Of a DNA stretch of 64,000 nt, positions 43,529 to 59,898 are shown piece by piece. Position 1 is the first letter of the stretch; each line of letters starts with the position of its first letter. This DNA is from Eledone cirrhosa (lineage: Eukaryota), in assembly GCA_964016885.1 (NCBI GenBank), contig OZ024741.1, forward strand, positions 18,414,001 through 18,478,000. The letters are read 5' to 3'. The translations under genes and the position numbers were made by a program. The notes under the pieces are model-generated. The model was given only the letters and a program-made list of their open reading frames with translations, ran no database searches and had not been told where the DNA came from.

Positions 43529-43676
43529 TTACTGAATATTTTGTCTTATCACAGAAAAACAGATTTGGGTAATTTACCTGATTTTCTCAACTATTATTTA
43601 TAGTAATCGATTATTACAATGGTCGTTTACGTTGGGACGTACATATTGTTTATATGTGGGCTATGTCATCATTCTG

Positions 43677-43727
<51 letters not shown>

Positions 43728-44288
43728 TTATCCCGGGTTCAATCATGGGTCACCACAGTAAGTAAGGTACTCAATACAAAGCAGAGTATAAATATTTAAT
43801 GTAGAAAAGCTTCTACAAGACTAGAACTGTTTCATTCAAGCGTTGTAGTTCGAATGAAAATCACATTTCCAACTCTATCACGTGATTTGCATTACACCTC
43901 ATATAACAAATACCTACATTATCACCACATGCCTCTCTAACAAATTGCACACTATCTTAAACATTTCTAACAATTATAACATCCTTTACCACCCCACACA
44001 AAATATGTTTATTTCAACTGCATTATAACTTTTTCCTCATACATGCCTTATTGACTGTATTGACTCCTGCATTGTGCAGCAATTTCCCTTGCTTATAACT
44101 TTTTTGCCTGTACTTTTCACTTATACCTCTTACACTCTCAACCAGCGCTGCCTGTAATTGTGTTCTCTCAAGCATAACATCTTTTTAACTCCTGACTCTC
44201 CACATGATGCATATGACATTAAAACAATTATGTACCCTAAATGTTCTGAATGACTAGGATTCTAGTTACACGTTTTCGACATTCCTTA

Positions 44289-44335
44289 TGCTCCGATGAT
44301 TCCAGACTTCCCTCTGGAAGAAACAATTGTCAGCA
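44289..44335 (+). ncRNA. Type I hammerhead ribozyme, CCGATGA (U4C) core
   Basis: tgct-CCGATGA-ttccaga cttccc tctggaa-GAAA-caattg-TC-agca-AATAAA. Confidence 0.7.
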
Positions 44336-44520
44336 AATAAATGTTCTAAACCAAAATTTGATCGTTATAACACTTTGTATCTCGGCTCTGTAAACACTTG
44401 AAAATTTGCATTGAGCCTTTTGTCATACCGGTAAGCGGCTAGTACTTAGTACTACCCTCCATATCTATAGTTGTATTAAACATGTATAAATATAAATATC
44501 CTTATTACTATATATATATA

Positions 44521-44638
44521 TAATTGTTTCTACTTTTGGCACAAGACCAGCAAATACCGAGTGCATTACTGGTACTTTATTTTATCGACCCCGTATAGAT
44601 GAAAGGCAAAGTTAACATCGGCGAGATTTGAACTCAGA
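44521..44638 (-). mobile_element. SINE (5'-truncated, same family as 27981)
   Basis: Reverse complement runs from the B-box to the tail. Confidence 0.85.
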
Positions 44639-44728
44639 ATTGCTTCTCACTCCATTGAGTGCTTTGTGATTGCCTCAAATAACTCGATTAGTTCCTGCTG
44701 TATGGCAGCTACAACTTCGATTTCATAC

Positions 44729-44902
44729 TTGGCAGTATCGATAAAGAGTCGGACGCCATGCTTTCCAGCATAGTTACGTCCCTTTACGGTCTGAGTTCAA
44801 ATCCCGTCGAGGTTAACTTTGCCTTTCATCCATACGGGGTCGATAAAATAAAGTACCAGTAATGTACTTGATAATTGCTGGCCTTGTGCCAAAAGTAGAA
44901 AC

Positions 44903-44906
<4 letters not shown>
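44729..44906 (+). mobile_element. SINE, near full length
   Basis: ttggcagtatcg...gagttcaaatccc...gtagaaacaatta. Confidence 0.9.
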
Positions 44907-44969
<63 letters not shown>

Positions 44970-45014
44970 TATATATATATATATATATATACATGTATAT
45001 ATATATATATATAT

Positions 45015-46840
45015 GAATATAGACATAGAATATTCGAAAATATTCTGTATGTTTATAATAAACATTTTGAAGACCTAATCGCTATAGAATAGAATACGTC
45101 ACGTATTACAATTAGATTCTCGATAAAAGCAAGGGAAGTAAGTCTACGCGTTTCATTCTCGTTAGAAATCGTCAGGACTACATATCCAGTGCTTTTATCG
45201 AGAATGACACAGCTAGAGACTTATAGAATACTTAGCTGTGTACAGGAACTGGTTTGAAAGAGCGGTTGCCGGTCCGGCAGAAATTAGAAATTGGAATAAA
45301 TGCTCTGAAATAGCGATATATATGTGAATATAGACATAGAATATTCGAAAATATTCTGTATGTTTATAATAAACATTTTGAAGACCTAATCGCTATAGAA
45401 TAGAATACGTCACGTATTACAATTAGATTCTCGATAAAAGCAAGGGAAGTAAGTCTACGCGTTTCATTCTCGTTAGAAATCGTCAGGACTACATATCCAG
45501 TGCTTTTATCGAGAATGACACAGCTAGAGACTTATAGAATACTTAGCTGTGTACAGGAACTGGTTTGAAAGAGCGGTTGCCGGTCCGGCAGAAATTAGAA
45601 ATTGGAATAAATGCTCTGAAATAGCGATATATATGTGAATATAGACATAGAATATTCGAAAATATTCTGTATGTTTATAATAAACATTTTGAAGACCTAA
45701 TCGCTATAGAATAGAATACGTCACGTATTACAATTAGATTCTCGATAAAAGCAAGGGAAGTAAGTCTACGCGTTTCATTCTCGTTAGAAATCGTCAGGAC
45801 TACATATCCAGTGCTTTTATCGAGAATGACACAGCTAGAGACTTATAGAATACTTAGCTGTGTACAGGAACTGGTTTGAAAGAGCGGTTGCCGGTCCGGC
45901 AGAAATTAGAAATTGGAATAAATGCTCTGAAATAGCGATATATATGTGAATATAGACATAGAATATTCGAAAATATTCTGTATGTTTATAATAAACATTT
46001 TGAAGACCTAATCGCTATAGAATAGAATACGTCACGTATTACAATTAGATTCTCGATAAAAGCAAGGGAAGTAAGTCTACGCGTTTCATTCTCGTTAGAA
46101 ATCGTCAGGACTACATATCCAGTGCTTTTATCGAGAATGACACAGCTAGAGACTTATAGAATACTTAGCTGTGTACAGGAACTGGTTTGAAAGAGCGGTT
46201 GCCGGTCCGGCAGAAATTAGAAATTGGAATAAATGCTCTGAAATAGCGATATATATGTGAATATAGACATAGAATATTCGAAAATATTCTGTATGTTTAT
46301 AATAAACATTTTGAAGACCTAATCGCTATAGAATAGAATACGTCACGTATTACAATTAGATTCTCGATAAAAGCAAGGGAAGTAAGTCTACGCGTTTCAT
46401 TCTCGTTAGAAATCGTCAGGACTACATATCCAGTGCTTTTATCGAGAATGACACAGCTAGAGACTTATAGAATACTTAGCTGTGTACAGGAACTGGTTTG
46501 AAAGAGCGGTTGCCGGTCCGGCAGAAATTAGAAATTGGAATAAATGCTCTGAAATAGCGATATATATGTGAATATAGACATAGAATATTCGAAAATATTC
46601 TGTATGTTTATAATAAACATTTTGAAGACCTAATCGCTATAGAATAGAATACGTCACGTATTACAATTAGATTCTCGATAAAAGCAAGGGAAGTAAGTCT
46701 ACGCGTTTCATTCTCGTTAGAAATCGTCAGGACTACATATCCAGTGCTTTTATCGAGAATGACACAGCTAGAGACTTATAGAATACTTAGCTGTGTACAG
46801 GAACTGGTTTGAAAGAGCGGTTGCCGGTCCGGCAGAAATT
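45015..46840 (-). mobile_element. Left arm: ~5.9 tandem 311-bp HHR-containing units (retrozyme-like)
   Basis: Unit starts at 45015, 45326, 45637, 45948, 46259, 46570. Minus-strand HHR at 45141-45179 and every 311 bp (6 copies). Confidence 0.9.
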
Positions 46841-46843
46841 AGA

Positions 46844-50229
<3,386 letters not shown>

Positions 50230-50409
50230 TTAAGTAAGTGCCGTACTAAGAGTGAGAAATGAAATTTCGTTTCATTCTATTCCATTTATCGTTTTCGGTG
50301 CGCCTGGCCGACTGAACTCACTCGATATGCAAATTAGGCTGCTCGGCCGTTAATTTGCATAAGGAAAGTATATACTTTCGGACGTTCAACCATCTGGCAG
50401 AAAGGTATG

Positions 50410-50450
50410 CGGTGCTGACGATAGCTAATAAGCTTGAAACTAGTACATCG
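50410..50450 (+). ncRNA. Type I hammerhead ribozyme
   Basis: cggtg-CTGACGA-tagct aata agctt-GAAA-ctag-TA-catcg. The element head 50231-50289 is repeated at 50652-50709. Confidence 0.8.
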
Positions 50451-50720
50451 TTCCTATGTCAGTGTTGAACAGGAAGGTGACGTGGTTATTCAGGCTGTTT
50501 GTTTGTTTACAAACGAACAAACCGAGCATTATAATAAATGTTCGGTAAACTGATACGTGCATATATATATGTGTGCCTGTATGTATATATATACATGCTA
50601 CTGTACGTCTGTATACATATATGTATATACGTATACATACATGCTTACATCTAAGTAAGTGCCGTACTAAGAGTGAGAAATGAAATTTCGTTTCATTCTA
50701 TTCCATTTATATATATATGC

Positions 50721-50763
<43 letters not shown>

Positions 50764-50785
50764 CATATATATGTATATATATATG

Positions 50786-50819
<34 letters not shown>

Positions 50820-50842
50820 TATAAAGAGGCATAGAGGGGGAG

Positions 50843-51090
50843 AGGAGCCGCACGTCCTAGTGGTAAGGGTGTGGGATTTTCGATCCTAATGTCCTAGGTT
50901 CGACTCCTGAACTGGGTTGTGTGTTGTGTTCTGGAGAAAAACATTTCATGTCATCCTGCTCCAGTATACTCAGCTGAAAATGAATAACAGCAATAGTTGG
51001 GGGGAGTTAACCCTGCGATGGGTTGTCGTCCTGACCAGGGTTGAGGTCTTGTACTCTCAGTCGCTTCACGCCTGATGAGCCACCGAGCTC
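50843..51090 (+). mobile_element. Degenerate tRNA-derived SINE (second family)
   Basis: A-box-like cctagtggt, B-box ggttcgactcc, central tgctccagt..actcagctg motif shared with 60980-61270. Confidence 0.6.
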
Positions 51091-51150
51091 GAGACAGATA
51101 TTAGACTTATTTTAGATATATATATTAATTATATTATGGCTAAATAGTGA

Positions 51151-51186
51151 GTCTTGTTACTCTGGAGTTTCGTCATCAGACAAGAC
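51151..51186 (-). ncRNA. Hammerhead motif lacking stem II (probably inactive)
   Basis: Minus strand: gtcttgt-CTGATGA-C-GAAA-ctccagag-TA-acaagac. Confidence 0.6.
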
Positions 51187-51244
51187 AATGGGGAAGGGAG
51201 AAAGAGATAGCTAAATATGTGTATGTGCGTGTGTGTACACACAC

Positions 51245-51282
<38 letters not shown>

Positions 51283-51283
51283 G

Positions 51284-51408
<125 letters not shown>

Positions 51409-51720
51409 ACGTATGTCCATAGAATCATTTGATAAGATATATACACCATTTCCTCTCCCAATCAGCATAATCAACCACACAAAAAACCAATTAAACCAGG
51501 CTATACGATTAAAAGGCACCTATGAAGAAATAATAGATAAATAAACGACAGCCATCTATTCGCGATCAACAGCTATAGAATATTTACCCACCACTTCAAT
51601 AGCACGTGGAAATCGATTAAATATATCGGTATAAAATTAAAGTTAGAAGAAAAATTGTATATAAACAAGATTACATTTCTACCCCATGGATTTTCATTCG
51701 CTTTTATATATATATATATA

Positions 51721-51822
51721 TATGAAAAGATTCAGGACCCCATATTACCCATTCTACTAGTACTACCCCAAGTATCGAGTACTCTAGTGGGTTATGGTCT
51801 AGCTGGTTTTTACCATACCCTA

Positions 51823-51828
<6 letters not shown>
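51721..51828. mobile_element. Collapsed relative of the 34482/60513 family
   Basis: tattacccattctact...agtatcgagtactctagtgggttatggtc resembles the reverse complement of the 34482 leader. tatgaaaagattcagg is the reverse complement of ~60609-60624. Confidence 0.55.
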
Positions 51829-51869
<41 letters not shown>

Positions 51870-52000
51870 CAAAGATTAATATGGTTCATTGATTACTCAA
51901 TGAATATAGTTTTACAATAGATTAAAAGCACTCTACAATCTGTCAATACTGGAATTGAACCATCAAGACCGTTGACGTATGTCATACATCAATTCATGTA

Positions 52001-52062
52001 TTTTATCTGACGAGGACGTACTGAAAAAACAGCACAGTACCTTCGAAATATATATAATAAAA
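52001..52062 (+). ncRNA. Type I hammerhead ribozyme
   Basis: ttttat-CTGACGA-ggacgtactg...cagtaccttc-GAAA-tatata-TA-ataaaa. Confidence 0.7.
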
Positions 52063-52106
52063 CATATATTTTGATTATGTGAATGTCTTCATTTATTAAT
52101 ATTCTG

Positions 52107-52238
<132 letters not shown>

Positions 52239-52861
52239 TGAGAGAGAGAGGGAGTTCGTAAGAGAGAGCCTGTGCTTTAGAGATAGCAAACCAACCAAGA
52301 CACAGACAGGGGACATAAATTAGAAATCTAACGCTGTACAGCTGGAATGTCACCTAGCAAAAGAAGACGTTGTCACCTATATGGTATATATAACACATCG
52401 TTGACACACACACACTATAACACATGCGCACATATATACTTACACACATTTACACATACACTCATACACACTCATGCGTACATATATACACACACGCGTG
52501 CAAATATACACACTGTCACCTTAAACAACATGACACATGGACACACATGCCTACACACACATATATGTATATTTATATACATATATATGTGTAAATGTGT
52601 GTATATATATATACATACACACATATATACACATTTACACATACGTGCGCATACACTCATACACACACACGTGCATATATACTCACTGTCACCTTAAACA
52701 GCAAGACACACAGACATAATCTGAGATATACACATGCCTACATACATACACACATACACACATACATAATACACATATGCCTACATACATACATACACAC
52801 ACACATACACACATGCCTACATACATACATACATACACATACACACATGCCTACATACATG

Positions 52862-52934
52862 ATGGCTGCCCCCTCGTTATCGAGTATGGCCATTGCACGA
52901 GAAGAAGAAAAAATAATAAATAAAAATAAAATAA

Positions 52935-52976
<42 letters not shown>

Positions 52977-53332
52977 AAAAAACTAAAAAAAAAAAAATAT
53001 ATATATATATATATACATACATATTGCCAATGATCTTTTTTGTTCCAAAACCTAAATTGCCAATTATCGCTTTTACATTGTTCTGGAATATCATTGAATT
53101 GTAAAAAAAAAAAAAAAGGTAATAATAATAGTAATAATAATAATAATTGTTTCTACTTTAGGCACAAGGCCAGCAATTACCCAGTGCATTACTGGTACTT
53201 TATTTTATCGACCCCGTAAGGATGAAAGGCAAAGTCAACCTCGGCGGGATTTGAACTCAGATCGTAAAGGGACGTAACTATGCTGGAAAGCATGGCGTCC
53301 GACCCTCTACCGATACTGCCAATCCACCGCCC

Positions 53333-53371
<39 letters not shown>

Positions 53372-53674
53372 GTACACTATTAATAATTATTAATGCACTC
53401 GTGCAATGCCTGTGCGTGACGAATATTTTTAAAGTGAGGAAAGACTGTGCACTGAGCCAATCCCACTCTCTGAGCGACAGTAGCTATAATCCGAAAAGAA
53501 GAAAAGATCAACATCATCTGTAACTACTGAGCCGCAGGTTTTATATCGGAGTTAACCCAGTTTCCTGAGATGCCTTCTCCTAGAAGAATGCCCTGACAAG
53601 GGCTAGGGGTTCTTCACTCCCAGTGGTTTAACTGCGCGATCGGGCATCCAGCCGATTATTTCTATGTCCCCGCG
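52862..53674 (-). mobile_element. Divergent relative of the RTE derivative, split into 52862-52901 and 53396-53674
   Basis: ggctgcc..ctcgtt.tcgagta.ggcca, gcaatgcctgtgc, tcccactctc and ccttctcctagaa motifs shared with the 610-bp family. Confidence 0.6.
53145..53332 (-). mobile_element. Full-length tRNA-derived SINE within (AAT)n
   Basis: Reverse complement: gggcggtggattggcagtatcggtagagggtcggacgccatgctttcc...gagttcaaatccc...gtagaaacaatt. Confidence 0.92.
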
Positions 53675-53858
53675 CAAAAAAAAAAAAAAAAAAAAACTCA
53701 CTTATTGACACTTATACGTACGACATACACACACACGCATACATATGCGCGCACACAGCAACACATACATACAAACAAACACACACACGCTACTCTACTC
53801 ACTTACTTACTCACATACATACATACATACATACACACATACATACATACACACATGC

Positions 53859-53889
<31 letters not shown>

Positions 53890-53905
53890 CATACATACAT
53901 ACATG

Positions 53906-53948
<43 letters not shown>

Positions 53949-54049
53949 CTGTGTGTATGCCCACGCATGTGTGTACATATATATATATATATGTGTGAGT
54001 TGTGGCGGAGGTGGTGGTGATAGTCATGGTGCAGGTGTTAGAAATGGTT

Positions 54050-54083
54050 GAGTAGTAGTAGTAGTAGTAGTGGAAGTAGTAGT

Positions 54084-54157
<74 letters not shown>

Positions 54158-54196
54158 CAGCAGTACTAGTAACAGTAGTAGTAGCAGTAGTTGTAC

Positions 54197-54233
<37 letters not shown>

Positions 54234-54286
54234 TGTGGTGGTGGTGGTGGTGGTGGTGGTGGTGGTGGTCGTCGTCGTCGTCGACG

Positions 54287-54383
<97 letters not shown>

Positions 54384-54833
54384 AGTTATAGTAGTAGTAG
54401 TAGTAGTAGTGGTAGTAGTAGTAGTAGTAGTAGTAGTTATTAAGGTGGTAATGAATGTGGAGGTGATGAGCTAATCGAGGTTAGTGGCAGCTGTGGAGGT
54501 AGTGTAGCTGTCTTGGTGGTTGTCACAGTAAAGGTTGTAGTAGTGGTGGTGTTCGTGGTGTTCGTGGTGGTGGTGGTGCTAGTGATTGTGGTGGTGGTGT
54601 GGTAGTGGTGGTGGTGGTAATGGTGGTGGTGGTGATGGTGGTGATGGTGATGGTGGTGATGGTGGTGATGGTGGTGATGGTGTGGTGGTGGTAGTGTGGT
54701 AGTGGTGGTGGTGATGGTGGTGGTGGTGATGGTGGTGGTGGTGATGGTGATGGTGGGGTGATTGAATGACAGTAGAGATGTGGTGGCGTTTACGTTGACG
54801 GCGACAGCAGCAGCAGTAGTTGCAGTAGTGGTT

Positions 54834-54881
<48 letters not shown>

Positions 54882-54955
54882 ATAGTAGTAGTAGTAGTAG
54901 TAGTAGTAGTAGCAGTAGTAGTGGTAGTAGTAGTAGCAGTAGTAGTAGTAGTAGT
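54050..54955. repeat. Compound (GTA)n/(GTG)n/(GTC)n trinucleotide array
   Basis: Direct observation. Confidence 0.92.
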
Positions 54956-55149
54956 GTTTGTGGTGTGTAGTGAAAAACAATATCCAAGGTACACCAGATG
55001 TGGTAGGGTTGGGGGGTGAGTGAGGCCATAAATCAAAACTACACCCCCACCCACCTCTTCACAGCAACCACCACCACCCCATACCTGCATCACCACTACC
55101 TCCCCACCACAGAACACCACCACATATCAAACATTACCATCACAACCAT

Positions 55150-55876
55150 CACACCACCACCACCACACCGTCCCCACCACACCGTCACCACCGTCACCAC
55201 CGTCACCACCGTCACCACCACACTGTCACCACCGTCACCACTACACCGTCACCACCGTCACCACCACACCGTCAGCACCGTCACCACCACACCGTCACCA
55301 CCGTTACCACCACACCCTCACCACCACACCGTCACCACCACACCGTCACCACCGTCACCACCGTCACTGCCGTCACCACCACACCGTCATCACCGTCACC
55401 ACCACACCGTCACCACCACACCGTCACCACCACACCGTCACCACCGTCACCACCGTCATCACCGTCACCACCACACCGTCACCACCACACCGTCACCACC
55501 ACACCGTCACCACCACACCGTCACACCGTCACCACCACACCGTCACCACCAGATCGTCACTACTGTCACCACTACACCGTCACACCGTCACCACCGTCAC
55601 CACCACACCGTCACCACCGTCACCACCACACCGTCACCACCGTCACCACCGTCACCATCGTCACCACCACACCGTCACACCGTCACCACCACACCGTCAC
55701 CACCACACCCTCACCACCACACCGTCACACCGTCACCACCACACCGTCACCACCAGATCGTCACTACTGTCACCATTACACCGTCACCACCGTCACCACC
55801 ACACCGTCACCACCGTCACCACCACACCGTCACCACCGTCACCACCACACCGTCACCACCGTCACCACCACACCGT
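55150..55876. repeat. Cryptic CACCGTCAC/CACCACAC low-complexity array
   Basis: Direct observation. Confidence 0.9.
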
Positions 55877-56918
55877 GAGAACGTTGTAACCAGGTCAAGA
55901 TTTTTCTTCATCCCATCCATGTTCTTGGCATAGAGTTTCAGATCGTCCACAAAGAAGTTATGGATTAGGTTCGTATTTCTGTCCTCCTGTGAGCCAATGA
56001 TGTATCCCTCACATTTCTTGAGCAGAAAGGACAAGGGCGTTTAATGACAAGATGAATAATATCACAGAGAGACTGTCCCCCTGAAATATACCCCTGCAAT
56101 ATTTTATTTTATCAGTGAAAATAGAGTCCTCCCTCTCTGTCAACTTTAGGATAGTATACCAAGAAGAAGACAGCCTCTCTATGGCTCTGACAATAATGTC
56201 TGGGACTTTAGCAAGTTGGAGGGCCTTTATCATCCAAGAGTGGGGAACAGAATCGAAAGCTTTCCTGTAGTCCAGCCTGACTGTAGCCATATTCCTCCTA
56301 AGTTGTCGCACCTCCGAAATCGCAGTTTTGTTGATTAGGAGTTGTTCAGCACATCCCCAAACCCCTTTCTTTCCAGCTGCTTGTTCATCTGTGATGATGT
56401 TATTATTTTCACAGTGATCTTGGAGGAATAGGTTCAGGCAGGCTGTATACATCTTATACATCAGGTTCTGGCATGCAATGGGTCGGTAGTTTTTTGCCAA
56501 GTGGGTTTCTTTGTTCTTGGGGACCAGTAACGTTTGTACTAATGTCAACCATTCTGGTATAAGTGTATCTCCCTTAAGAACATGTTGGTAGAGGTCAGTA
56601 AGATACCTCCGATAGAATATTAGTTTTTTGTACCAGTAGCCGACAATCATGTCTCTTCCTGGTGTTTTCTTATCTTGCAGTTTTCCTATCACAGTCTCAA
56701 GGGTACCCTCACTTATTTCGTATGTTTTTGTTGTAGTGTAGGAGCAATAGTTCTTTCGGATTTCTCTTAGCCACACTGCATCTTGGTTGAAATTCTTCTT
56801 TTCACCCCATGTTTTTCTCCAAAAGGAATCTGTCTTTCTGGGATGGGGCCTCAGTGACACTTATTATTTTGCCCTTCATATCTCTATAGACTGATGTTTG
56901 GTTTCGTCTGAATCTTTT
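55877..56918 (-). pseudogene. Reverse transcriptase fragment of an R4/Dong-like (RLE-type) non-LTR retrotransposon, frameshifted
   Basis: YRPIAC, EQAAGKKG..EQLLINK, LDYRKAFDSVPHSW, RGIFQGDSLS and, in a shifted frame, FFVDDLKLYA. Confidence 0.88.
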
Positions 56919-56952
56919 ATGTATGTATGTATGTATGTATGTATGTATGTAT

Positions 56953-57261
56953 GTTCTTCTTTTTGGTAAATATCATCTTGGTTAAGAGAGTGGGACTGGC
57001 TTTGTGCAGTGCCTTTTCTAACTATAAAAGCTTCACGGCACAGGCATTGCTTTATATCTGGAGATCTCTCTGCACTTGTCGTCACATGGTACCATGGGCC
57101 CAGCACTATGTGTCAATAATTGTCACAAGTGTAGTGTTTGTACCAGAGTTTTCAAGTCGCTGGCTGGACTAAAAAGTCACACTCGTTCAGCGCATCGGTA
57201 AGGGTTCTCCTACATGGATATAAAGTAGTGGCCGTACTCGAAAACGAGTTGGCAGCCACCA
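56953..57261 (+). mobile_element. 3' half of the RTE derivative, fused to the end of the Dong-like ORF
   Basis: 57121-57201 translates CHKCSVCTRVFKSLAGLKSHTRSAHR*. Confidence 0.75.
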
Positions 57262-58477
57262 TGAATCGAAAGAATGTTTTGCAAACTTTGAAGGTGCCAG
57301 CTATCGCAGCCATTTGTAGACTATGAATTAGGGAGCTGCGCTCTTTGTCCGCAAATCCAAGTTCAGTTATACATTGGTCCAAGCGGGTTGGTATATAACT
57401 CGTAGCTCCAATAATTGTTTCTACTTTTGGCACAAGGCCAGCAATTACCCAGTGCATTACTGGTACTTTATTTTATCGACCCCGTAAGGATGAAAGGCAA
57501 AGTCAACCTCGGCGGGATTTGAACTCAGATCGTAAAGGGACGTAACTATGCTGGAAAGCATGGCGTCCGACCCTCTACCGATACTGCCAATCCACCGCTC
57601 CAATAATGATGGGTATGAAGCTAAAGGTGTATCTTGGATACTGGATTTGTAAACTCCTCATCAATGGTCCGTAGATGTCCTTCTTCTCCTGTATTTTTCT
57701 GACAACGTTTACATCAAGTGGGTAGCTGATCTCCACAACAGAACACGTTTTCAATGTGTGGTCCCAAACAACAATATCAGGCTGGTTGTGCTTTAATTTG
57801 GTGGCAGTTTTTTATTTTCAGGTTCTACCAGTATTCCTTAGTGCCATCTGTCTCAATATATTCTTCCTCGTTTGCTGTTAATTTTGTTTTCCGAAGTGCG
57901 TTCCAGATGGTTCTAGCTATCCCATCGTGTCTCATGGGGAGGTAGTAGCGAGATGACATTCTTTCGCAGCTGGCAACAATGTGGCTTACATCCTCGATCT
58001 TTGTTTTACATAGCCTACATTTATTGTCAGCTGATGGCCCTCTCCTTTTGTGCAGCAGATATTTGGTAGGGAGTTCTTGTTCCTGTATTGCATAGAGATA
58101 TCCCTCAAGGTGTGATGTCATAAACTTGTCGGAACTCCATGCCAGGCCTTTTGAGTGGTTTATCCCCTCTATGGTCTGTGTTTTACGTCTCAAGTATCCA
58201 TGCACAACTTTTTCTGTAAATTGGTCAATTTTTTCATCTTGTTTGAACATTGAATAGGATCTTCCGATTTCTCTTGGTGAGAGATTTATATCAGGCTTTA
58301 TTCCATATCTCTCCTCCAGATCAGTGGCTATTCTAATGATATTTTTTTTTTTCATGCTCATAAACCTGGGCAAAATGGTTGCCAACCTTTTTCTTCTGTT
58401 GAAGATGTTGCTTCAGTGTTACTATCCGGGTCTCATATGATGTTAATATGGATTTTAGACCCCGGCCACCTTCCTTG
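57262..58477 (-). pseudogene. C-terminal part of R4/Dong-like ORF: CCHC zinc knuckle and PD-(D/E)xK restriction-like endonuclease, frameshifted and SINE-interrupted
   Basis: GGRGL; AIQEQELPTKY; CRLCKTKIEDVSHIVASC..RHD; KHNQPDIVVWD..VVEISYP; IPIIIGA. Confidence 0.85.
57416..57596 (-). mobile_element. SINE inserted in the LINE endonuclease, with 11-bp TSD
   Basis: gctccaataat at 57405-57415 and 57597-57607; body nearly identical to the 53145 copy. Confidence 0.92.
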
Positions 58478-58500
58478 TATGTATGTATGTATGTATGTAT

Positions 58501-58588
58501 GTTCTTCTGGTTATATAATTTCACAAATGTTTGCCATTATAGAGAAAGAGTCGGTTTCTAACATAGACACAAGACTCTCTCATTGCAA
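58501..58588 (-). mobile_element. Extreme 3' end of Dong-like LINE (second subfamily)
   Basis: Matches 41040-41120 and 59900-59980; ends ccagaagaa-(CATA)n on the minus strand. Confidence 0.7.
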
Positions 58589-58628
58589 TATGTATGTATG
58601 TAGGTAGGTAGGTAGGTAGGTATGTATG

Positions 58629-58662
<34 letters not shown>

Positions 58663-58667
58663 TGTAT

Positions 58668-59273
58668 GTCAGGTCACCAGTTGGTGCTACTGGTAACATG
58701 TATCCCAGTACAACCTGTCTCATGGTCGGGTCGTTGGCGACTAAACTGGCAACCCCACCAAGGTTTCTTGGTGAGGAGGGTGACTTTGGACATCCTGCAG
58801 GACTAAAAACAAAACCACTCAAAGGGCAAAGGAGCTCTTAAGAGTCAATGGCCATCTAAAATCACCGTGAGAGATGACCCCTTAGCCTTTGTCAAGGCAG
58901 AATTCTAGGAGAAGGAAAACTCTGATATAACACCTGCAACCCTGATGGTATCCAATGATGTTGACTTGTTCTTCTTTTTGGTAAATATCATCTTTGTTAA
59001 GAGAGTGGGACTGGCTTTGTGCAGTGCCTTTGCTCACTATAAAAGCTTCACGGCACAGGCATTGCTTTATATCTGTAGATCTCTCTGCACTTGTCGTCAC
59101 ATGGTACCATGGGCCCAGCACTATGTGTCAATAATTGTCACAAGTGTAGTATTTGTAGCAGAGTTTTCAAGTCGCTGGCTGGACTAAAAAGTCACACTCG
59201 TTCAGCGCATCGGTAGGGGTTCTCTTACATGGATATAAAGTAGTGGCCATACTCGAAAACGAGTTGGCAGCCA
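58668..59273 (+). mobile_element. ~610-bp RTE derivative
   Basis: Starts gtcaggtcaccagttgg, ends gagttggcagcca; lies in (TATG)n. Confidence 0.78.
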
Positions 59274-59276
59274 TAT

Positions 59277-59887
59277 GTCAGGTCACCAGTTGGTGCTACT
59301 GGTAACATGTATCCCAGTACAACCTGTCCCATGGTCGTGTCGTTGGCGACTAAACTGGCAACCCCACCAAGGTTTCTTGGTGAGGAGGGTGACTTTGGAC
59401 ATCCTGCAGGACTAAAAACAAAACCTGTCAAAGGGCAAAGGAACTCTTAAGAGTCAATGGCCATCCAAAATCACCGGGAGAGATGACCCCTTAGCCTTTG
59501 TCAAGGCAGAATTCTAGGAGAAGGAAAACTCTGATATAACACCTGCAACCCTGATGATATCCAATGATGTTGACTTGTTCTTCTTTTTGGTAAATATCAT
59601 CTTGGTTAAGAGAGTGGGAATGGCTTTGTGCAGTGCCTTTGCTCACTATAAAAGCTTCACGGCACAGGCATTGCTTTATATCTGGAGATCTCTCTGCACT
59701 TGTCGTCACATGGTACCATGGGCCCAGCACTATGTGTCAATAATTGTCACAGGTGTAGTGTTTGTACCAAAGTTTTCAAGTCGCTGGCCGGACTGAAAAG
59801 TCACACTCGTTCAGCGCATCGGTAGGGGTTCTCCTACATGGATATAAGGTAGTGGCCGTACTCGAAAACGAGTTGGCAGCCACCATG
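59277..59887 (+). mobile_element. ~610-bp RTE derivative (tandem second copy)
   Basis: As above; followed by (TATG)n. Confidence 0.78.
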
Positions 59888-59898
59888 TATGTATGTAT

